64,000 nt of DNA. Origin: an uncultured Acidobacteriaceae bacterium (lineage in GTDB: Bacteria; Acidobacteriota; Terriglobia; Terriglobales; Acidobacteriaceae). The stretch lies in assembly GCA_963720135.1 (NCBI GenBank), contig CAVREJ010000028.1, positions 38,680-102,679 of the forward strand, written 5' to 3'. A program made the position numbers and the translations under genes. Of the stretch, positions 59,467 through 64,000 are shown one piece after another. Position 1 is the first letter of the stretch. Each line of letters starts with the position of its first letter. The notes beneath the pieces were generated by a model. That model was not told where the DNA came from. It saw only the letters and a list, made by a program, of their open reading frames with translations, and ran no database searches.

Positions 59467-60576
59467 TTAACTGATCGGCTGGACAGGCATGCCGTCAATC
59501 AGGAATTGCGTCCCTGAGATGATTACTTTCTCGCCCGGTTGCAGTCCGCTCTTGACGGCATAGTCGTTGCCGACTGTGTCGCCCAGAGTTACCGACCGTT
59601 GTTTGGCGACGATGCCGCCGTTGGTCTCGGTAGCGACGTAGACGAAAGGCTGACCTCCGATGCGGGTGACCGCCAGCACAGGAACGGTTGGCGCAGGACT
59701 GGTGCTCCAGATGACTCTCGCCTTCACCAGTTGCTCATTGCGGAAACGGTCCAGCGAGGTATGGATCGGCGCCTTTGCCAATATCCCCTGGACGGCGTTG
59801 TCGACCTGCTGCGAGATGAAGTAAACGTTGGTGCTCTCGATTAGCTCTCCGCCACTAGTCACGATCTGCACCGGCAGACCCATGCGAATATTGTGCGCCC
59901 GTTCGGTGGGGATATAGATGTAGGCCTCCAGCTCCGCGTTCTCATCCACCGTCGTCAGCAACGTCTGGGGGGAGACGTAGTCGCCCAAGTGCACGGGAAT
60001 GTCGCCTACAACTCCGGCGAACGGCGCAACCAGGCTGTAGTACGCCAACTGCCGCTGCTGCGTGACTCGCGCGGCTTTGGAGGCTTCCCAATCAGCCTTG
60101 GAATTGTCGTACGATTGCACGGCTTGCTCGTAAGTTTGCTTGCTGGCCACGCCCGAATCGAACAGGTGCTGCTGGCGATCGAGGTCGCGCGCAGCATAGT
60201 CGAAGACGGCCTTCTTTTGGGCCTCAGTGCTGACCTGCTGATCAACCGTCGCTTGCTGTCGCAGGGGATCGATCGTCATCAAAACCTGGCCGGCCCGTAC
60301 TTGATCGCCCGACTTCACCAGGATGCGGGTCAGCGTGCCGTCCACTTGAGGCTGAATGGTGGCGGAACGCCGCGACTTCACTGTCGCGACGTACTCATCC
60401 GTCTGCGGCACCGGAGAAAGATCAATGCTCTTGATGTTGACCGGCAGCGCCTTCTGGTGAACGGGCTGTTTTGCTTCCGTATTGTTGCAACCCGAATTTA
60501 CTAGAAGGACAAAACCCACCAGTAGAAATGGTACGTAGGCAACGATCTTTTTCAAATTCGCACCCCAAAACCTCAA
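59467..60576 (-). CDS. RND efflux periplasmic adaptor (membrane fusion protein), lipoprotein
   Basis: 369 aa. Lipobox LLVNSGC, then a lipoyl/barrel-sandwich block (VDGTLTRILVKSGDQVRAGQVLMTIDP). 38 nt upstream of the RND gene. Confidence 0.85.
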   Translation of the reverse strand: MRFWGANLKKIVAYVPFLLVGFVLLVNSGCNNTEAKQPVHQKALPVNIKSIDLSPVPQTDEYVATVKSRRSATIQPQVDGTLTRILVKSGDQVRAGQVLMTIDPLRQQATVDQQVSTEAQKKAVFDYAARDLDRQQHLFDSGVASKQTYEQAVQSYDNSKADWEASKAARVTQQRQLAYYSLVAPFAGVVGDIPVHLGDYVSPQTLLTTVDENAELEAYIYIPTERAHNIRMGLPVQIVTSGGELIESTNVYFISQQVDNAVQGILAKAPIHTSLDRFRNEQLVKARVIWSTSPAPTVPVLAVTRIGGQPFVYVATETNGGIVAKQRSVTLGDTVGNDYAVKSGLQPGEKVIISGTQFLIDGMPVQPIS

Positions 60577-60878
60577 CGGATAAAGATGCTACAGGGCGAG
60601 CAAGAGGTTCAGACTTGTTCGCCGCTGGAAACCAATTGCTGCGGACAGGTCAAACGGCGACATCAGGCGTGTGATAGGTCCATGACTCTGTTTTTGTCGT
60701 GCGATTTCATCTCAGGCATGGGTTGGCCTTTCGGTCCGTTCGGTTGTTAATGCTTCGCGGGCTGTCCTCAGTGCGGTGGTCCACCACAGCAAATCGCAGT
60801 GTGACTTACGACTAAGTGGCAATAGCCGTTGGGTCGGGATTCATTAGCTTGTCGGCATTATGTACGTTATGTACGTTG

Positions 60879-61415
60879 TTAGTGCCGTTCACAGGCATCA
60901 TCTGCCGAAGGCCCATAGATGCTCGGGACTTTGCCGCCCATCGGTCGAATGTACGTGCTCAATTGCCCGCGGTGGTGAACGGTATCGAACAATGCAATCC
61001 ACAACAGCCCACCCACCGTGTCTTTGAGCAGGATCTCTTCTGCGCCTTGAATCAACCATGCTTGGTGGTTCCAGCCGTTGTCGTCCAAGGAACGCAACTG
61101 AATTGCAAGGACGTCATGATCGCGCTCGTAATCGGAGATCATCTGCTCCTGATTGCCGAAACTCGCGGGGTCCTGCCAGCGCAAACCGCTGTAAAAACTT
61201 TTCCGACTTTTGCAAAGTTGAATACAACTCTGCTGGGCCGAAACCAGGAGAGCGACCAGTTCTTCCGCCGAGCGAGAGCGGGGATGGGGCCGGTAATCGA
61301 GACGATTAGTCGGCAGTGCTTTGAACACCCGCATGAAGGCGGAGTACTCTTGCTCCCATCTCTGAATGAAGAACTCTCGGTTGCTTAACTCTCTCCCAAG
61401 CAGTTGTGTTGCCAT
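60879..61415 (-). CDS. DinB-superfamily protein
   Basis: Four-helix DinB-like pattern with the C-terminal DTVHHRGQLSTYIR motif. I chose the start at ATG 61415 (MATQLLG). Confidence 0.65.
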   Translation of the reverse strand: MATQLLGRELSNREFFIQRWEQEYSAFMRVFKALPTNRLDYRPHPRSRSAEELVALLVSAQQSCIQLCKSRKSFYSGLRWQDPASFGNQEQMISDYERDHDVLAIQLRSLDDNGWNHQAWLIQGAEEILLKDTVGGLLWIALFDTVHHRGQLSTYIRPMGGKVPSIYGPSADDACERH

Positions 61416-61837
61416 AAAAGGACCTTTCTGTGTGCGCCAAATTCTGATCTCCAATGGCTGCAGCATTCGCCACGGAAACCATGGCGTCATTAGATGTCAT
61501 CGCGCAATTATGGTCGCTACGGCTTCGAATTCATCGAAAACATGTTTGCACTTCACAGGTTGCCCTGCCGAATCAGGTGCGCCTGAATCTCCGTGATCCG
61601 CGCCTCGGCGGTACGCAGGGCTGTGGCGCTTGTATGCGCGGAGTGGGAGCCGAGCCAACGGCGAACTCTGCATCGCATTGGCCCTTGAATTCGATCGCGC
61701 CGCTCGACGGCCTGAAGGCCACCACTTCTCCCTGCCGCACGTCGTCCGGGACCAGGATGGAATCCATCCCTACGGCGGTCCACAGCACGGTGTGTCCAGC
61801 TGGCAGACCATCTCGCAACGCCGGGCTGACAACATGA

Positions 61838-62031
61838 GGTTGCTGGCCAAGGATCTGGCGGCAACCGGACGTCTTCGGTCAGCCCTTTCCGACTCGAAGG
61901 CGGCAGACATTATTTGGAGTATGAACTCGCCGGAGTTCTATCTGTTGCTGGTCGAGCAGCGTGGCGGGTCCCTGGAGGAGTACGAGAGATGGCCGGGAGA
62001 CGCATGGATTCAGTTGCAACTGGAGCCGTGA
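61838..62031 (+). pseudogene. Possible TetR-family regulator C-terminal remnant
   Basis: MRLLAKDLAATGRLRSALSDSKAADIIWSMNSPEFYLLLVEQRGGSLEEYERWPGDAWIQLQL resembles the C-terminal ligand-domain tail of some TetR regulators. No N-terminal HTH is found upstream in any frame. Confidence 0.3.
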
Positions 62032-62547
62032 GCAAACCCGCAGGTGGCTCGCTGATTCTGGACGGGGGACAGCAATCCGGAGACAATCCAGTTTGACGAG
62101 AAGTCGGCTAGGCGCGGAAATGAAATGTGGTCGCGAGTTCGCCGCATCACATCCGCGCATGGGGCGTTTCTCGTCGTGCGCCGGGATAGTGCAGTGAAGC
62201 TAGTTGATGGTCTAACGGGTGAAAGTCCCGCCAGTGCAAATTGCCCAGTTGGCACTGTAGTGATATTCGGCGACGGCACGGGTGACCAAACCGTCGGAAG
62301 CCCGGATGTAAACGTCCTCGTCGGCCGGATGCAGATCTGGTCAGCTCCGACAGGAGGGCAAGCAAAGTACCAGGTCGTAGCGTAAGCGAACCGTAGTTAA
62401 GCCTCGAAAACGCACACCTCACCAGAATCGGAGTGTGAGGATGACGGGAACGCCGAAACTTTTATCCCAAGTTGAAGGCTAGCGTTTTTGGCGAAGTACT
62501 GGGTGCAGGCAGCCGAAAAGTTCCCCGTGGTCTCAGAGGACGACATG

Positions 62548-62988
62548 GTGCGAAAGATCATCAAGGAAAGCTCAGAACCAGTCGTGGGTCGCCTAGCCAC
62601 ATGCGAATGTGGACAGCGAAGGCATCTGGTATAAGCCGCGAGTCGGTGAAATCTGGGATGTGCCCGCGAGTGGGGCGGATGGGGCCGATTAAGTAACGAT
62701 GGACCGGGACAACATAACCCGGACCGGAGCGAGGGCCCCTGGGGTAGAGCGGCTGGTCTGCTCGCACGGAGGTGCCCATAAGCGCATCATCCCTGACACA
62801 GAGCAGGGGACCATGATGTCAGCAAATGAGCACGAAGGACGATGGCAAACCAGGTGGCTGGGAAGGCCTCGCCTGATATTCCGACCTTGAAGCCGTATCG
62901 GGGAAAACCCGCCGTACGGAATTTTAGGGGAGGCAATGGAAACGTCGGCATCATTCGAAGCCCGGTCCGCGCCATTGCCTTACCCGAC
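62548..62988 (+). ncRNA. Group II intron-like RNA, ORF-less or degenerate (5' boundary uncertain)
   Basis: - GTGCG at 62548.
- Several GNRA-capped hairpins, e.g. CCACAT-GCGA-ATGTGG.
- Domain V-like AAGCCGTAT-CGGG-GAAAA-CCCG-CC-GTACGG (62890-62919), with the AGC triad and a 2-nt 3' bulge.
- Domain VI-like helix GGCAATGG/CCATTGCC with bulged A 62982, 7 nt before ...GAC at 62988. Confidence 0.4.
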
Positions 62989-63397
62989 AACCGGCATGTT
63001 GTAGGGGATGCAAGAGCCCCACAGGAAAGGAGAAAGCGACTCCATCCTGACCTCTAGTCTTGCGTGATGCATCGCGAGGTGTGTTGCGAAGCGTAGACCG
63101 AGGCATCGGTGGGCGGGGTAATTGAGCTTCGAAAAACGCCAGATCAGGATGTCGACTCCCTGACGAGTAGGAGGAAGGCAACACGTGTATTCTCCCTGCG
63201 ACGCTAGGTCGCTCTGCTGATTTTGAACTGTTTGGTACGATAATAGACACGACGGCCGTGGTCAAGAGAATTTTTGAACTAGTCATTTCAAAATACCGTA
63301 GGACCCGTGGACGATAATGTAACTCTGCAATCGACTGCTGATTCGGGTCACCGGGATCAGTTCAGCCGCGATCGGGCTCTCCTCCAGGACACCGCTC

Positions 63398-64000
63398 TTA
63401 AGTTGCTGCGGAAGAGAAATCGACGCCAGAGACCTTGACGACGGCCTCCCACGCGGCTTCTTGGCTGGCGCGATCGTGAAGGTGTGGGTGGCGCTGCGCC
63501 TCAATTGGGCCTGAGAACTTCCCTTGAGCCGAGGCGAAGAATTGCCCTGAGACGTCGGTTCCGAACTCCGAGGCCTGGAGGTACCGACGGGCCGCGGTCT
63601 CCGGCGTCTGATTCATGCCGGGAATGAGGTTCACGATTGGGATAAACAGATACTTCAACACCGGGCCAGCGTTTCGCACCACCTTGGTGTCGGTCGCCCC
63701 ACCGGGCGATACGGCGTACACGGCCATGCCGGAGGGCAGCCGGCGGGCCAGCGCCGCGGTCCACCAAGCGATAATGAGCTTCGCGTCAGCATACGCATTG
63801 TTGGGCACGTACTTCACGTTCGGCCCGTTGCGCAGCAGGGCTTCAACAGCCGCGGTTTGGTCGCCCCGGTAGTATTTGGCCGCGAAGGCTGGCACGTCGG
63901 TGTACTTGAACATGGGTACCCCCCCGCGGGCAGGTTCTGCGCCGGAGATAACGATCCGCACGTTGGGGCTCAGCAGGTTGGCGCGGAGCAACCCGACAGT
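63398..64000 (-). CDS. SDR-family oxidoreductase (retinol-dehydrogenase-like), 5' end beyond the window
   Basis: The frame is open to the window edge. It contains the YADAK (Y-x3-K) catalytic motif and the VSPGGATDT (P-G) block of classical SDRs. The N-terminal Rossmann part is outside the window. Confidence 0.6.
   Translation of the reverse strand, partial: TVGLLRANLLSPNVRIVISGAEPARGGVPMFKYTDVPAFAAKYYRGDQTAAVEALLRNGPNVKYVPNNAYADAKLIIAWWTAALARRLPSGMAVYAVSPGGATDTKVVRNAGPVLKYLFIPIVNLIPGMNQTPETAARRYLQASEFGTDVSGQFFASAQGKFSGPIEAQRHPHLHDRASQEAAWEAVVKVSGVDFSSAAT

Noticed and set aside
62842-63057. 71-aa ORF (..LKPYRGKPAVRNFRGGNGNVGIIRSP..)
   Set aside because: The sequence is the conceptual translation of the domain V/VI-like RNA hairpins. 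Similar pseudo-peptides arise wherever group II intron domain V is translated. It has no SD and no independent support.

Overview
GC-rich bacterial chromosomal window. I cannot determine the taxon here; a few motifs remind me of Acidobacteriota, which is a low-confidence inference.

Left ~27 kb is a lipid-centred neighbourhood:
- sqdB (UDP-sulfoquinovose synthase), a GT2/GT21-type glycosyltransferase, an FAD oxidoreductase and an extended-SDR gene.
- On the minus strand, a PfaA-like megasynthase (KS-AT-KS-4xACP-KR-DH). It is split into three ORFs by two apparent frameshifts. All four carrier domains have Thr where the phosphopantetheinyl Ser is expected.
- A 1,883-aa single-chain acyl-CoA carboxylase and an Sfp-type PPTase follow the megasynthase.
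- Upstream lie acd-etfAB, an IS481-family insertion with a 6-bp target duplication, and a membrane Fe-S (HdrD/DsrK-like) oxidoreductase.

Middle: an ABC exporter, a methyltransferase, a molybdenum-storage-protein-like mosB/mosA pair, and a hoxEFUYH-type group-3 [NiFe] hydrogenase operon whose HoxF is fused to a GltD-like NAD(P)H module.

Right ~25 kb looks accessory and decayed: a tRNA 3' fragment, a gene-poor gap, a YciI-ECF sigma pair, several gene fragments, a secreted animal-haem-peroxidase/alpha-dioxygenase-like protein, an RND pump pair and an ORF-less group II intron-like RNA.

Nine apparent frameshifts and one in-frame stop interrupt otherwise well-conserved genes. Either indel-type sequence errors are common or gene decay is extensive.

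No rRNA, intact tRNA or CRISPR array was seen. All homology statements come from motif recognition by eye, not from searches.
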